DNA of 64,000 nucleotides from Escherichia coli (GTDB lineage Bacteria; Pseudomonadota; Gammaproteobacteria; Enterobacterales; Enterobacteriaceae): NCBI RefSeq assembly GCF_050920415.1, contig NZ_CP169309.1; one strand, 5' to 3'. Shown piece by piece: positions 1 to 11,617 of this stretch (position 1 is its first letter; each line of letters starts with the position of its first letter). The notes under the pieces were generated by a model. It saw only the letters and a program-made list of their open reading frames with translations, ran no database searches and was not told where the DNA came from. The position numbers and the translations under genes were made by a program.

Positions 1-21
1 CCCAACCGTAGCGAATACGCA

Positions 22-1050
22 TTACGCGGCCTCCCGTTTTTTACCTGACGAAGCGGGTTTAACGGATGGCGGTGGCATCATAAAGCGGGCATATTTTTGC
101 CGCCGCAGATTACGTTCCAGCGCACAACGCAGGCGTCCATCAAACACCAGCACCGCCAGCAGAACCAGGCCCGCGATAAAATCATTCCACCATGCCGGAA
201 TGCGCAACAGCACCAGTACACTATCGATCTGCGTCAGGAACCATGCGCCGAGTACCGCACCGATGATCGCACCGGAACCGCCGAGCAAACTAATACCGCC
301 CAGCACGCAGGCTGCAATCGCTTTCATCTCCAGCCCGGTACCGGTCTGGTTGGGAATAAAACCGATCTGCGAAGCAAACACAATCCCCGCCAGTGCCGCC
401 ATGCAGCCGTTCAACGAAAATGCCACAATCCTAATGGCTTCCGTACGAACGCCCAGTTGACGAGCGCCCTGCAAATTATCGCCCGTGGCATAAAAACTGC
501 GTCCAAACGCCGTCTTCGCCAGCAGCCAGGCCATAAATGCCACCAGAATTATCGTCAACCAACCAATTGCTGAAACGCCAAACAGCAGCGGGGCGGAGAG
601 TTGTTTCAGTTCGGCGGGTAACCCCTCAATCCATTTACCGCCAGTCCACAGCAACATGATGCCCCTGTACAATCCTAATGTACCGAGCGTGGCAACAATG
701 GCAGGGATCTTTAGCCACGCGACCAGGACACCGTTGAAAAATCCCGCGAGCAAACCAAGCAGTAAAGTCGCGACACAAGCAACAGGTAGTGAATACCCCG
801 CGTTCAGTAACATTCCCAACAGCACTGCGCACATTCCGGTAATCGAACCCACCGAAACATCGATATTGCGCGTGAGCATCACCAGCGTCGCGCCCATTGC
901 CAGCAGGATCAGGATTTGCGCGCTGCTATAAACCATGGTCAGCGTTTGCATACTTAAATACTGGCGGTCGAGAAAACCGGGTAATACAAACAGCAACACC
1001 ACCGCCAGCAGTGCCGTGATTTCACGGTTGTTCTGGATAAACTTCAGCAT
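22..1050 (-). CDS. lsrC: AI-2 (autoinducer-2) ABC transporter permease LsrC
   Basis: 342-aa polytopic membrane protein of the ribose-type ABC permease family; lies immediately downstream of lsrA on the same strand with overlapping stop/start, in lsr operon order. Confidence 0.88.
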   Translation of the reverse strand: MLKFIQNNREITALLAVVLLFVLPGFLDRQYLSMQTLTMVYSSAQILILLAMGATLVMLTRNIDVSVGSITGMCAVLLGMLLNAGYSLPVACVATLLLGLLAGFFNGVLVAWLKIPAIVATLGTLGLYRGIMLLWTGGKWIEGLPAELKQLSAPLLFGVSAIGWLTIILVAFMAWLLAKTAFGRSFYATGDNLQGARQLGVRTEAIRIVAFSLNGCMAALAGIVFASQIGFIPNQTGTGLEMKAIAACVLGGISLLGGSGAIIGAVLGAWFLTQIDSVLVLLRIPAWWNDFIAGLVLLAVLVFDGRLRCALERNLRRQKYARFMMPPPSVKPASSGKKREAA

Positions 1051-2579
1051 GATGCCTCCTGACGCTGACTATCGCCGAAGGCAACGCGCATAATGGTCTC
1101 GACATTAATATCGCGTCCGGTCAGTGCAGAGTGGGCAATTTCGCCCTGATGCATCACATATACGCGATCTGCCATCAGTTCGATCTCTTCCAGATCAGAG
1201 GAGATAAGCAGCACAGCCACATTTTGTGCGGCGATGCTGCGCAACAGCTGGTAGATATCATTACGGGCCGAGACATCCACGCCGCGCGTCGGCTCATCGA
1301 CAATCAAAACTTGCGGCGAAGCTTCCAGACATTTGGCAATCAGGATTTTTTGCTGGTTGCCGCCGGATAAGGTCCGCGCAGCTTGTTCCGGTTGGTTAAA
1401 TTTAATATTCAGAGCCCGACGATAACGTTCCAGTGTGGCGTTATCTTTCGCGGTTTTCGCCCAGAATCCACGAATGTTATGAGTAAGGGCGCAGACATTC
1501 CAGGCCAGCGAAGCATCGAGATTCAGTCCGGATGACTGGCGATCTTCCGGCAGATAAACCAGACCGCGCAGTAAACGTTCTCCAGTGGATAATCTATTGA
1601 TCTCTTTACCATTCAGCATAATGCGTCCGCCACGCAAAGTACGCAGACCATAGAGCGTCTCGGCCAGTTCTGTGCGTCCGGCCCCCACCAGCCCAGCCAG
1701 ACCCAGAATTTCTCCGGCATTAAGCGTCAAGCTGACATTCATAAAACCTTCGCCGGTCAGGTTTTCCAGTGTCAGCACCGGCGTTCCGGCGGCATGTTGT
1801 GGGCGGTTGCCAGGTAACTCCAGCCATAATTTTTGGCTGGCAGAGAGCGATTTTTGCCGTAGCGCTGGCGTGATGGCCTGAATAATGTCGTCGGTAGACA
1901 GTTCGCTGGTTTTGCCGCTTAAGGCGATGGTTCCGTCGCGCATCACGCTAATTCGATCGGCAATCTGGCGAATTTCCGGCAGCTTATGCGAGATAAAAAC
2001 AATACCCACGCCAGTAGCAAGCAACTCTTGCAAGCGACTAAACAAACGTTCGGTTTCGGCAGGGGTAAGCGAGGCGGTAGGTTCATCGAGGATCAGAATC
2101 CGCGAGTCGCGCATCAGCCCGCGGAGGATTTCCACCATTTGGCGATCGGCGACATCCAGCGATCCTGCCAGACTATGCAGATCAAACTGGCAGCCCAGCG
2201 CCGCCAGCAAGTTCTTCAGTTTCTGCATGGAGAGCTGTTTTTTTGCCAGCCCAAACAGAATGTTTTCTTTTATCGACAGGCTTGGGAAAAGCAGCGGTTC
2301 CTGGGGAACGAGATAAATACCCAACTGATGAGCATGAACTGGCGTTAATCTGGTGTAGTTGTTGCCCCCAATCTCCAGCGTACCACTATCAGCAGGGGTA
2401 ATACCGGCAATGATCTTCATTAACGTCGACTTACCGGCACCATTGCCGCCAAGCAGGGCGTGGACTTCCCCCTGATGCAACGTAAAATCGATGCCTTTCA
2501 GGACATTAACCCCTGAATACTGTTTATAAACCGAGCGGGCGCAAAGTAGCGGTAACGCGCGGGTATCACTCGTTAGCAT
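1044..2579 (-). CDS. lsrA: AI-2 ABC transporter ATP-binding protein LsrA (duplicated ABC ATPase)
   Basis: Two Walker A motifs ([17 protein letters not shown]) and ABC signature LSGGNQQK; internal ATG at 2579 preceded by a GGGGGAAA Shine-Dalgarno gives 511 aa. The 540-aa ORF-track extension is rejected. Confidence 0.9.
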   Translation of the reverse strand: MLTSDTRALPLLCARSVYKQYSGVNVLKGIDFTLHQGEVHALLGGNGAGKSTLMKIIAGITPADSGTLEIGGNNYTRLTPVHAHQLGIYLVPQEPLLFPSLSIKENILFGLAKKQLSMQKLKNLLAALGCQFDLHSLAGSLDVADRQMVEILRGLMRDSRILILDEPTASLTPAETERLFSRLQELLATGVGIVFISHKLPEIRQIADRISVMRDGTIALSGKTSELSTDDIIQAITPALRQKSLSASQKLWLELPGNRPQHAAGTPVLTLENLTGEGFMNVSLTLNAGEILGLAGLVGAGRTELAETLYGLRTLRGGRIMLNGKEINRLSTGERLLRGLVYLPEDRQSSGLNLDASLAWNVCALTHNIRGFWAKTAKDNATLERYRRALNIKFNQPEQAARTLSGGNQQKILIAKCLEASPQVLIVDEPTRGVDVSARNDIYQLLRSIAAQNVAVLLISSDLEEIELMADRVYVMHQGEIAHSALTGRDINVETIMRVAFGDSQRQEASC

Positions 2580-2744
2580 GTTTCCCCCGTTCAGTTTTGC
2601 AGGTGAGTTTTGAACAAATGTATTTCTGCTTTCAATTTGTTCATAAACCTTAGGTGGACATTGCACATATTTCCGACGAACAGATCACAATTTATGCTAT
2701 TTTGATTTTCATGGTTGCGTTTGTTCATGCTCGTAGAGTCAAAC

Positions 2745-2760
2745 TGTGGTTGCTATCACA
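2745..2760. promoter_or_regulatory. CRP-like binding site (TGTGG-N6-TCACA) in the divergent lsrR / lsrACDB promoter region
   Basis: Near-consensus CRP palindrome tgtggttgctatcaca read directly in the lsrA-lsrR intergenic region; the lsr operon is known to be cAMP-CRP dependent. Confidence 0.5.
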
Positions 2761-2828
2761 GATATAAATGCGCAAGAACTGAACAATTGCATTAAAGATT
2801 TAAATATGTTCAAAGTGAAGAATGAATT

Positions 2829-3782
2829 ATGACAATCAACGATTCGGCAATTTCAGAACAGGGAATGTGTGAAGAAGAACAGGTCGCGCGGATCGCGTGG
2901 TTTTACTATCACGACGGGCTGACCCAGAGCGAGATCAGCGAGCGTCTCGGGCTGACTCGCTTGAAAGTGTCGCGATTACTGGAAAAAGGGCATCAGTCCG
3001 GCATTATTCGCGTGCAGATTAATTCTCGCTTTGAAGGCTGTCTGGAATATGAAACTCAATTACGTTGTCAGTTTTCGCTGCAACATGTCCGGGTGATCCC
3101 TGGGCTTGCGGATGCTGATGTCGGCGGGCGACTAGGGATAGGCGCGGCGCATATGTTGATGAGTTTACTTCAACCACAACAGATGCTGGCGATTGGTTTT
3201 GGCGAGGCAACCATGAATACGCTGCAACGCTTAAGTGGTTTTATTTCGTCGCAGCAAATTCGCCTGGTCACGCTCTCCGGTGGCGTCGGTTCTTATATGA
3301 CGGGTATCGGGCAGCTTAATGCGGCGTGCAGTGTGAATATTATTCCGGCTCCGCTGCGGGCATCCTCCGCTGACATTGCCCATACGCTAAAAAATGAAAA
3401 TTGCGTCAAAGATGTTCTGTTAGCCGCACAAGCTGCGGATGTGGCGATTGTCGGCATTGGGGCCGTGAGTCAACAAGACGACGCGACGATCATTCGCTCC
3501 GGTTACATCAGTCAGGGCGAACAGTTAATGATTGGCCGAAAAGGGGCGGTTGGCGACATTTTAGGCTACTTTTTTGATGCAAAAGGTGACGTTGTCACGG
3601 ATATTAAAATACATAACGAACTGATTGGCTTACCTTTAAACGCGCTGAAGACCATTCCCGTCCGGGTTGGCGTGGCAGGGGGAGATAATAAAGCCGAAGC
3701 CATTGCCGCTGCAATTAAAGGCGGCTATATCAACGCACTGGTTACCGATCAGGACACAGCAGCGGCGATTTTACGTAGTTAA
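2829..3782 (+). CDS. lsrR: LsrR, SorC-family transcriptional repressor of the lsr operon
   Basis: 317 aa; N-terminal HTH and C-terminal sugar-phosphate-binding domain; divergent from lsrA and followed by lsrK. Confidence 0.9.
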   Translation: MTINDSAISEQGMCEEEQVARIAWFYYHDGLTQSEISERLGLTRLKVSRLLEKGHQSGIIRVQINSRFEGCLEYETQLRCQFSLQHVRVIPGLADADVGGRLGIGAAHMLMSLLQPQQMLAIGFGEATMNTLQRLSGFISSQQIRLVTLSGGVGSYMTGIGQLNAACSVNIIPAPLRASSADIAHTLKNENCVKDVLLAAQAADVAIVGIGAVSQQDDATIIRSGYISQGEQLMIGRKGAVGDILGYFFDAKGDVVTDIKIHNELIGLPLNALKTIPVRVGVAGGDNKAEAIAAAIKGGYINALVTDQDTAAAILRS

Positions 3783-3860
3783 ATTTGCATGACCTTATTA
3801 CCGGGAATGATGGAGAACGTATAGAGGAACAGACAGAACGCATAAGCCGAGGATAATCTA

Positions 3861-5453
3861 ATGGCTCGACTCTTTACCCCTTCAGAATCAAAGTACTACC
3901 TGATGGCGCTGGATGCAGGCACCGGAAGTATTCGGGCTGTGATATTCGACCTGGAAGGCAATCAAATAGCAGTGGGACAGGCGGAGTGGCGGCATCTGGC
4001 AGTACCGGACGTTCCTGGTTCTATGGAATTTGATCTCAACAAAAACTGGCAACTGGCGTGTGAGTGTATGCGCCAGGCGCTGCACAACGCCGGCATAGCC
4101 CCGGAGTATATCGCTGCCGTTTCGGCATGTTCGATGCGCGAAAGCATTGTTTTATATAACAATGAAGGAACACCGATCTGGGCCTGCGCCAATGTGGATG
4201 CCAGAGCGGCGCGCGAAGTTAGCGAACTTAAAGAACTGCACAACAATACCTTTGAAAACGAAGTTTATCGCGCCACCGGACAAACGCTGGCTTTAAGCGC
4301 TATTCCCAGATTACTTTGGCTGGCGCACCATCGTTCTGATATCTACCGACAGGCGTCGACCATCACCATGATCAGCGACTGGCTGGCCTATATGCTCAGC
4401 GGTGAACTGGCGGTGGATCCCTCTAACGCTGGCACCACGGGACTTCTTGATCTAACCACCCGTGACTGGAAACCTGCATTGCTGGATATGGCCGGACTGC
4501 GGGCCGATATTCTTTCTCCTGTCAAAGAAACCGGCACATTGCTGGGCGTGGTAAGTTCACAAGCGGCGGAACTTTGCGGTCTGAAGGCGGGCACTCCGGT
4601 AGTCGTGGGAGGAGGCGACGTGCAACTTGGTTGCCTGGGGTTAGGCGTTGTCCGTCCGGCACAAACCGCTGTTCTTGGCGGTACATTCTGGCAGCAAGTT
4701 GTAAACTTAGCCGCGCCGGTGACAGACCCAGAAATGAACGTGCGCGTTAATCCTCATGTTATTCCTGGCATGGTACAAGCTGAATCTATAAGCTTTTTTA
4801 CCGGACTCACCATGCGCTGGTTCCGCGATGCTTTCTGTGCCGAAGAAAAACTGATTGCCGAACGTTTAGGCATCGACACCTATACGTTGCTTGAAGAGAT
4901 GGCAAGTCGTGTGCCGCCTGGGTCGTGGGGCGTAATGCCGATATTCTCCGACAGAATGCGCTTTAAAACCTGGTATCACGCTGCGCCTTCCTTTATTAAT
5001 TTGTCTATTGACCCGGATAAATGTAACAAAGCGACATTGTTCCGTGCGCTGGAAGAAAATGCGGCGATTGTATCAGCGTGTAACTTGCAGCAAATCGCTG
5101 ATTTCTCGAATATTCATCCTTCATCGTTAGTCTTTGCAGGCGGAGGTTCAAAAGGGAAATTATGGAGTCAAATTCTCGCTGATGTCTCGGGATTACCCGT
5201 CAATATTCCGGTGGTCAAAGAAGCCACCGCATTAGGATGTGCCATTGCAGCTGGCGTCGGTGCCGGAATTTTTTCATCAATGGCAGAAACCGGAGAACGC
5301 CTGGTTCGCTGGGAACGGACGCACACACCAGACCCGGAAAAGCATGAACTTTATCAGGATTCACGCGATAAGTGGCAGGCAGTTTATCAGGATCAGCTGG
5401 GGCTGGTTGATCATGGACTGACGACGTCGTTATGGAAAGCGCCTGGGTTATAG
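3861..5453 (+). CDS. lsrK: Autoinducer-2 kinase LsrK (FGGY carbohydrate kinase family)
   Basis: 530 aa; FGGY-kinase N-terminal motif ([16 protein letters not shown]) and conserved glycine-rich segments; operon context with lsrR. Confidence 0.9.
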   Translation: MARLFTPSESKYYLMALDAGTGSIRAVIFDLEGNQIAVGQAEWRHLAVPDVPGSMEFDLNKNWQLACECMRQALHNAGIAPEYIAAVSACSMRESIVLYNNEGTPIWACANVDARAAREVSELKELHNNTFENEVYRATGQTLALSAIPRLLWLAHHRSDIYRQASTITMISDWLAYMLSGELAVDPSNAGTTGLLDLTTRDWKPALLDMAGLRADILSPVKETGTLLGVVSSQAAELCGLKAGTPVVVGGGDVQLGCLGLGVVRPAQTAVLGGTFWQQVVNLAAPVTDPEMNVRVNPHVIPGMVQAESISFFTGLTMRWFRDAFCAEEKLIAERLGIDTYTLLEEMASRVPPGSWGVMPIFSDRMRFKTWYHAAPSFINLSIDPDKCNKATLFRALEENAAIVSACNLQQIADFSNIHPSSLVFAGGGSKGKLWSQILADVSGLPVNIPVVKEATALGCAIAAGVGAGIFSSMAETGERLVRWERTHTPDPEKHELYQDSRDKWQAVYQDQLGLVDHGLTTSLWKAPGL

Positions 5454-5461
5454 TTTCATTG

Positions 5462-5497
5462 ACAGCCACATCATGATGACTGTGGCTGTTAGTTTTT
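5462..5497 (+). terminator. Intrinsic terminator after lsrK
   Basis: Hairpin cagccaca...tgtggctg followed by a T-tract (tagttttt), directly 3' of the lsrK stop. Confidence 0.5.
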
Positions 5498-5982
5498 GAG
5501 TATTGGTATTCTTATTTCCCTTCTTTAGAGCTGGCTTGTTAAATGCCAGCTTGCAGATTCATCGTTCCATCACCAGTACTATATTCAAGGGAAAATTGCT
5601 ATTTTTCTTAAAGCATTAAGCATAACCCTTATTTTATAGCGAATATTCTTAAAGGCATTAATGGATGAAAAAGTGTTTTAATAAACTTCTGTTTTTAGCA
5701 ATTAGTGCTATTCTTTGTTAAATATGATGATGATAATCTTCTTATTGAAAGAAACAGTTTTCTTATTAAGCAACAATAACTCATGGTTCATTTTTAAATA
5801 AAATAAGAACTATGCAATTTTTAATCTATCGATTCGAAAGTATTAGCAAATTAGCCAAATTGACACCTTCCCACCTCCAACCAACACTCAATACAGACCT
5901 CTGACAACTTAATAAGTTTCATTTTTAACGTCTGATGGCTCATCTCTTTCGTGGCTGTATTGTTTGTATATGGAGCGTTTAT

Positions 5983-8900
5983 ATGAATAGAATCTATCGC
6001 GTGATATGGAATTGCACCCTACAGGTATTTCAGGCCTGCTCGGAATTAACTCGCAGGGTAGGTAAAACATCAACGGTTAATTTGCGTAAATCCTCTGGAT
6101 TGACAACGAAATTCAGTAGATTGACGCTGGGTGTTTTGCTGGCACTAAGCGGTTCAGCGTCTGGTGCGAGTCTGGAAGTTGATAATGGTCAGATTACCAA
6201 TATTAATACTGATGTTGCTTACGATGCCTACCTGGTTGGTTGGTATGGCACTGGAGTGCTTAATATTTTGGCTGGCGGTAATGCCTCCTTAACCACTATT
6301 ACTACCAGCGTCATTGGTGGTAATGAGGACTCAGAGGGCACCGTTAACGTTTTGGGTGGCACCTGGCGATTGTATGATAGCGGAAATAATGCAAGGCCTT
6401 TAAATGTGGGTCAATCCGGAACGGGAACGCTGAATATTAAACAGAAGGGTCACGTTGACGGAGGATATTTAAGGATAGGTTCTTCGACAGGAGGCGTCGG
6501 GACGGTCAATGTTGAAGGAGAGGACTCGGTTCTGACGACCGAATTATTCGAAATAGGGAGTTACGGTACAGGCTCATTAAATATTACGGATAAGGGTTAC
6601 GTCACGAGTTCAATAGTCGCCATTGTAGGATATCAGGCGAACAGTAATGGTAAGCTTGTCGTTGAAAAGGGTGGCGAGTGGCTAATAAAAAATAATGATT
6701 CCTCAATTGAATTTCAAATTGGTAATCAAGGGACGGGCGAAGCAACTATTCGCGATGGGGGGCTAATTACGGCTGAAAATACGATTATCGGTGGCAACCT
6801 CACCGGTATCGGAACCCTGAATGTGCAGGATCAAGACTCTGTCATCACGGTACGCAGACTCTATAATGGATATTTCGGTAATGGCACAGTCAACATTGCC
6901 AATAATGGACTGATTAATAATAAAGAATATTCATTGGTGGGCGTTCAGGACGGGTCCCACGGTGTCGTCAACGTGACCAATAAAGGGCATTGGAATTTCC
7001 TCGGAACGGGCGAAGCTTTCCGCTATATCTATATCGGTGATGCTGGCGACGGTGAACTTAATGTCTCGAGTGAAGGCAAAGTAGATTCGGGAATTATCAC
7101 TGCGGGGATGAAAGAAACAGGCACAGGCAACATTACTGTTAAGGATAAGAACTCCGTTATCACTAATCTCGGAACTAATCTTGGTTATGACGGCCACGGC
7201 GAAATGAATATCAGTAATGAGGGGCTTGTTGTCAGCAACGGAGGAAGCTCACTCGGTTATGGAGAAACCGGCGTCGGGAAGGTTAGCATCACCACGGGGG
7301 GGATGTGGGAGGTCAATAAGAATGTCTATACCACTATTGGTGTTGCGGGCGTCGGAAACCTCAATATCAGCGATGGCGGTAAGTTCGTATCGCAAAATAT
7401 TACTTTTTTGGGCGATAAAGCAAGCGGTATCGGCACACTGAACCTGATGGATGCGACATCATCGTTCGATACTGTAGGTATCAATGTCGGTAATTTTGGT
7501 AGCGGCATCGTAAATGTCAGTAATGGTGCAACCCTTAATTCAACGGGCTATGGATTTATCGGAGGAAATGCCTCCGGTAAGGGGATAGTTAATATTTCAA
7601 CGGATAGTCTCTGGAATTTAAAAACGTCATCTACTAACGCCCAATTGCTACAGGTCGGTGTATTAGGCACGGGTGAACTGAATATTACCACCGGAGGTAT
7701 AGTTAAAGCGCGTGATACACAGATAGCTCTCAATGACAAAAGTAAGGGCGACGTGCGGGTGGATGGGCAGAACTCTCTTCTTGAAACATTCAATATGAAC
7801 GTAGGGACGACTGGCACAGGTACGTTAACCCTGACGAATAACGGCACGCTGAATGTCGAAGGTGGAGAAGTTTACTTAGGTGTTTTTGAGCCTGCTGTAG
7901 GAACGCTAAACATTGGTGCTGCTCATGGTGAGGTGGCGGCAGATGCCGGGTTTATCACCAATGCGACGAAAGTGGAGTTGGGTCTTGGCGAAGGCGTTTT
8001 TGTCTTTAATCATACCAATAACAGTGATGCCGGCTACCAGGTCGATATGCTGATTACGGGTGACGATAAAGACGGAAAAGTGATGCATGATGCAGGCCAT
8101 ACGGTGTTCAATGCAGGGAATACTTATAGCGGTAAAACGCTGGTCAATGACGGCCTCCTGACTATTGCGTCACATACGGCAGATGGGGTAACAGGCATGG
8201 GTTCGAGTGAAGTAACCATTGCAAGCCCCGGTACGCTCGACATTCTCGCATCAACGAACAGCGCAGGAGATTACACGCTGACCAATGCGCTCAAAGGCGA
8301 TGGCTTGATGCAAGTGCAGCTGTCATCCTCCGACAAAATGTTTGGCTTTACCCATGCAACAGGAACTGAATTCGCCGGTGTTGCCCAACTGAAAGACAGT
8401 ACCTTTACACTGGAACGCGACAACACCGCTGCGCTTACTCACGCGATGCTTCAGTCTGACAGTGAAAATACCACATCGGTAAAAGTGGGAGAGCAATCCA
8501 TTGGTGGACTAGCCATGAATGGCGGTACGCTCACTTTCGATACGGATATACCTGCTGCGACGCTTGCGGAGGGATATATCAGCGTCGATACACTGGTTGT
8601 CGGCGCGGGTGACTACACCTGGAAAGGCCGTAACTATCAGGTAAACGGGACGGGCGACGTGCTTATCGACGTGCCTAAACCGTGGAATGATCCCATGGCG
8701 AATAACCCTCTGACTACGCTCAATTTGCTGGAACACGATGATAGCCATGTCGGCGTTCAACTGGTGAAGGCGCAAACGGTTATTGGGTCGGGTGGCTCAT
8801 TAACGTTACGTGATTTACAGGGCGACGAGGTGGAAGCGGACAAAACGTTACACATTGCACAAAACGGAACAGTGGTCGCCGAGGGTGATTATGGATTCCG

Positions 8901-11403
8901 ACTCACGACCGCACCTGGTGATGGTTTGTATGTTAACTATGGGCTGAAAGCGCTGAACATCCATGGTGGGCAAAAGCTGACGTTAGCCGAACATGGCGGA
9001 GCCTATGGCGCAACGGCCGATATGTCGGCAAAAATCGGTGGTGAAGGGGATCTGGCAATCAATACGGTGCGACAGGTTTCGCTTTCCAACGGTCAGAACG
9101 ACTATCAGGGGGCAACCTATGTTCAGATGGGGACATTACGTACCGATGCGGATGGCGCGCTGGGCAATACTCGGGAACTGAACATCAGCAACGCGGCCAT
9201 CGTCGATCTTAATGGATCGGAGCAGACGGTAGAGACATTCACCGGGCTGATGGGTTCGACTATTTTGTTCAAAGAAGGTTCGCTGACGGTGAATAAAGGT
9301 GGGATCAGTCAGGGCGAACTGACAGGTGGCGGAAACCTGAATGTTTCAGGGGGAACACTGGCTATCGAGGGGCTTAATGCACGCTACAATGCGTTAACCA
9401 GCATTAGCCCAAATGCGGAAGTCAGCCTCGACAATACGCAGGGGTTAGGCAGAGGAAATATTGCCAATGACGGTCTGTTAACGCTAAAAAACGTGACCGG
9501 CGAACTGCGCAATAGCATAAGCGGTAAAGGTATCGTGAGCGCAACCGCCAGCACAGACGTAGAGCTGGATGGCGATAATAGCCGCTTTGTGGGGCAATTC
9601 AACATCGATGCAGGCAGCGCGCTCAGCGTCAACGAGCAGAAAAACCTGGGTGATGCTTCCGTTATCAATAATGGCCTGCTCACCATCGCCACTGAGCGTA
9701 GCTGGGCGATGACGCACAGTATCACCGGTAGCGGCGATGTGACAAAACTGGGGACCGGGATCCTGACTCTTAACAACGATTCCGCGGCGTATCAGGGTAC
9801 GACGGATATCGTGGGTGGTGAAATTGCTTTCGGTTCCGACTCTGCCATTAATATGGCAAGTCAGCACATTAATATCCATAACAGCGGTGTGATGTCGGGA
9901 AATGTCACCACTGCAGGTGATGTGAACGTTATGCCTGGGGGGACACTGCGTGTCGCCAAAACCACTATCGGCGGCAATCTGGAGAATGGTGGCACGGTTC
10001 AAATGAATAGCGAAGGGGGGAAACCGGGGAATGTACTGACCGTTAACGGCAACTATACCGGAAACAATGGCCTGATGACGTTCAACGCGACGCTGGGCGG
10101 CGATAATTCACCCACGGATAAAATGAACGTGAAAGGCGATACCCAAGGGAACACTCGCGTTCGGGTTGATAACATTGGCGGCGTCGGTGCACAAACGGTC
10201 AACGGTATTGAACTCATTGAGGTTGGCGGTAATTCTGCAGGTAACTTCGCGCTGACCACCGGAACTGTCGAAGCTGGGGCTTACGTCTACACGCTGGCTA
10301 AAGGGAAGGGGAATGACGCGAAAAACTGGTATCTCACCAGTAAATGGGACGGCGTAACGCCGCCGGATACTCCTGACCCCATTGATAATCCACCTGTTGT
10401 GGATCCGGAAGGCCCATCAGTGGTTCGTCCGGAAGCCGGGAGCTATATCAGCAACATAGCCGCAGCCAATACGCTGTTTAGCCATCGATTACACGATCGC
10501 CTTGGGGAGCCGCAATACACAGAGTCCCTGCGAGTTCAGGATTCGGCAACCAGTATGTGGATGCGACATGTCGGGGGGCATGAACGTTCCAGTGCCGGAG
10601 ACGGTCAGTTAAAAACGCAGGCCAACCGCTATGTATTGCAGTTAGGCGGCGATTTGGCGCAGTGGAGTAGCAACGCGCAGGATCGCTGGCATCTCGGCGT
10701 CATGGCTGGCTATGCCAATCAGCACAGTAATACACAGAGTAACCGTGTGGGTTATAAATCAGATGGGAGCATCAGCGGTTACAGCGCAGGACTGTACGCG
10801 ACCTGGTATCAGAACGCTGCGAATAAGACCGGCGCTTATGTTGACAGCTGGGCGCTGTATAACTGGTTTGATAACAGCGTCAGTTCCGATAACCGTTCTG
10901 CTGACGACTATGATTCTCGCGGTGTGACGGCCTCTGTTGAGGGTGGATATACCTTTGAAGCGGGAACATTTAGCGGCAGCGAAGGGACGCTGAATACCTG
11001 GTACGTCCAGCCACAGGTGCAAATCACCTGGATGGGTGTGAAAGATTCTGACCATACCCGGAAAGACGGAACACGCATTGAAACGGAAGGTGACGGAAAC
11101 GTGCAAACGCGACTTGGGGTGAAAACCTACTTGAACAGTCATCACCAGCGCGACAATGGTAAACAGCGTGAGTTCCAGCCTTACATTGAAGCGAACTGGA
11201 TCAACAACAGCAAAGTCTACGCCGTGAAGATGAATGGTCAAACCGTAAGCCGTGATGGTGCGCGTAATCTCGGTGAAGTACGTACCGGGGTTGAGGCGAA
11301 AGTAAATAACAACCTTAGCCTGTGGGGGAATGTTGGTGTGCAACTAGGTGATAAAGGCTATAGCGATACTCAGGGCATGCTGGGTGTGAAATATAGCTGG
11401 TAA
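5983..11403 (+). CDS. Large autotransporter adhesin (AIDA-I/pertactin-like beta-helical passenger with C-terminal beta-barrel); intact counterpart of the K-12 yneO/ydeK pseudogene region
   Basis: 1,806 aa from the internal ATG at 5983. N-terminal extended signal peptide region (MNRIYRVIWN...), many ~19-aa GxGTLNI-type passenger repeats, proline-rich linker (PPDTPDPIDNPPVVDPEGPSVVRP) and a C-terminal beta-barrel ending in the aromatic tail KYSW. Confidence 0.85.
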   Translation: MNRIYRVIWNCTLQVFQACSELTRRVGKTSTVNLRKSSGLTTKFSRLTLGVLLALSGSASGASLEVDNGQITNINTDVAYDAYLVGWYGTGVLNILAGGNASLTTITTSVIGGNEDSEGTVNVLGGTWRLYDSGNNARPLNVGQSGTGTLNIKQKGHVDGGYLRIGSSTGGVGTVNVEGEDSVLTTELFEIGSYGTGSLNITDKGYVTSSIVAIVGYQANSNGKLVVEKGGEWLIKNNDSSIEFQIGNQGTGEATIRDGGLITAENTIIGGNLTGIGTLNVQDQDSVITVRRLYNGYFGNGTVNIANNGLINNKEYSLVGVQDGSHGVVNVTNKGHWNFLGTGEAFRYIYIGDAGDGELNVSSEGKVDSGIITAGMKETGTGNITVKDKNSVITNLGTNLGYDGHGEMNISNEGLVVSNGGSSLGYGETGVGKVSITTGGMWEVNKNVYTTIGVAGVGNLNISDGGKFVSQNITFLGDKASGIGTLNLMDATSSFDTVGINVGNFGSGIVNVSNGATLNSTGYGFIGGNASGKGIVNISTDSLWNLKTSSTNAQLLQVGVLGTGELNITTGGIVKARDTQIALNDKSKGDVRVDGQNSLLETFNMNVGTTGTGTLTLTNNGTLNVEGGEVYLGVFEPAVGTLNIGAAHGEVAADAGFITNATKVELGLGEGVFVFNHTNNSDAGYQVDMLITGDDKDGKVMHDAGHTVFNAGNTYSGKTLVNDGLLTIASHTADGVTGMGSSEVTIASPGTLDILASTNSAGDYTLTNALKGDGLMQVQLSSSDKMFGFTHATGTEFAGVAQLKDSTFTLERDNTAALTHAMLQSDSENTTSVKVGEQSIGGLAMNGGTLTFDTDIPAATLAEGYISVDTLVVGAGDYTWKGRNYQVNGTGDVLIDVPKPWNDPMANNPLTTLNLLEHDDSHVGVQLVKAQTVIGSGGSLTLRDLQGDEVEADKTLHIAQNGTVVAEGDYGFRLTTAPGDGLYVNYGLKALNIHGGQKLTLAEHGGAYGATADMSAKIGGEGDLAINTVRQVSLSNGQNDYQGATYVQMGTLRTDADGALGNTRELNISNAAIVDLNGSEQTVETFTGLMGSTILFKEGSLTVNKGGISQGELTGGGNLNVSGGTLAIEGLNARYNALTSISPNAEVSLDNTQGLGRGNIANDGLLTLKNVTGELRNSISGKGIVSATASTDVELDGDNSRFVGQFNIDAGSALSVNEQKNLGDASVINNGLLTIATERSWAMTHSITGSGDVTKLGTGILTLNNDSAAYQGTTDIVGGEIAFGSDSAINMASQHINIHNSGVMSGNVTTAGDVNVMPGGTLRVAKTTIGGNLENGGTVQMNSEGGKPGNVLTVNGNYTGNNGLMTFNATLGGDNSPTDKMNVKGDTQGNTRVRVDNIGGVGAQTVNGIELIEVGGNSAGNFALTTGTVEAGAYVYTLAKGKGNDAKNWYLTSKWDGVTPPDTPDPIDNPPVVDPEGPSVVRPEAGSYISNIAAANTLFSHRLHDRLGEPQYTESLRVQDSATSMWMRHVGGHERSSAGDGQLKTQANRYVLQLGGDLAQWSSNAQDRWHLGVMAGYANQHSNTQSNRVGYKSDGSISGYSAGLYATWYQNAANKTGAYVDSWALYNWFDNSVSSDNRSADDYDSRGVTASVEGGYTFEAGTFSGSEGTLNTWYVQPQVQITWMGVKDSDHTRKDGTRIETEGDGNVQTRLGVKTYLNSHHQRDNGKQREFQPYIEANWINNSKVYAVKMNGQTVSRDGARNLGEVRTGVEAKVNNNLSLWGNVGVQLGDKGYSDTQGMLGVKYSW

Positions 11404-11482
11404 ACCGTATAAGCCGCATGTCGAAGATGGCATGCGGCTGCTTAATATTGCCGACTTCAAACGACTTTTAAATCCTCCTTTT

Positions 11483-11596
11483 TATCCGCGATCGCGGATA
11501 TCACAGTGTTTATCCCGTAGAGCGGATAAGATGTGTTTCCTGATTGACTTTATCCCCACTAAAGGATAAAACTGATAATATCCCCTTGAGCGGATA
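11483..11596. promoter_or_regulatory. hipBA promoter/operator region with four HipB operator palindromes (TATCC-N8-GGATA)
   Basis: Four exact copies of TATCC-N8-GGATA at 11483-11500, 11511-11528, 11551-11568 and 11579-11596, just upstream of hipB. Confidence 0.8.
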
Positions 11597-11617
11597 AATA
11601 TGCTGTGGACGTATGAC

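Noticed and set aside
1-21. Start of lsrD
   Set aside because: Only about 20 nt are present at the window edge; too short to annotate as a feature.
2580-2666. N-terminal extension of lsrA (540-aa ORF-track version)
   Set aside because: The internal ATG at 2579 has a strong Shine-Dalgarno and gives the expected 511-aa protein.
6931-10002. Multiple antisense ORFs (60-194 aa) inside the autotransporter gene
   Set aside because: All lie within and opposite to a long, repeat-rich coding region; typical shadow ORFs.
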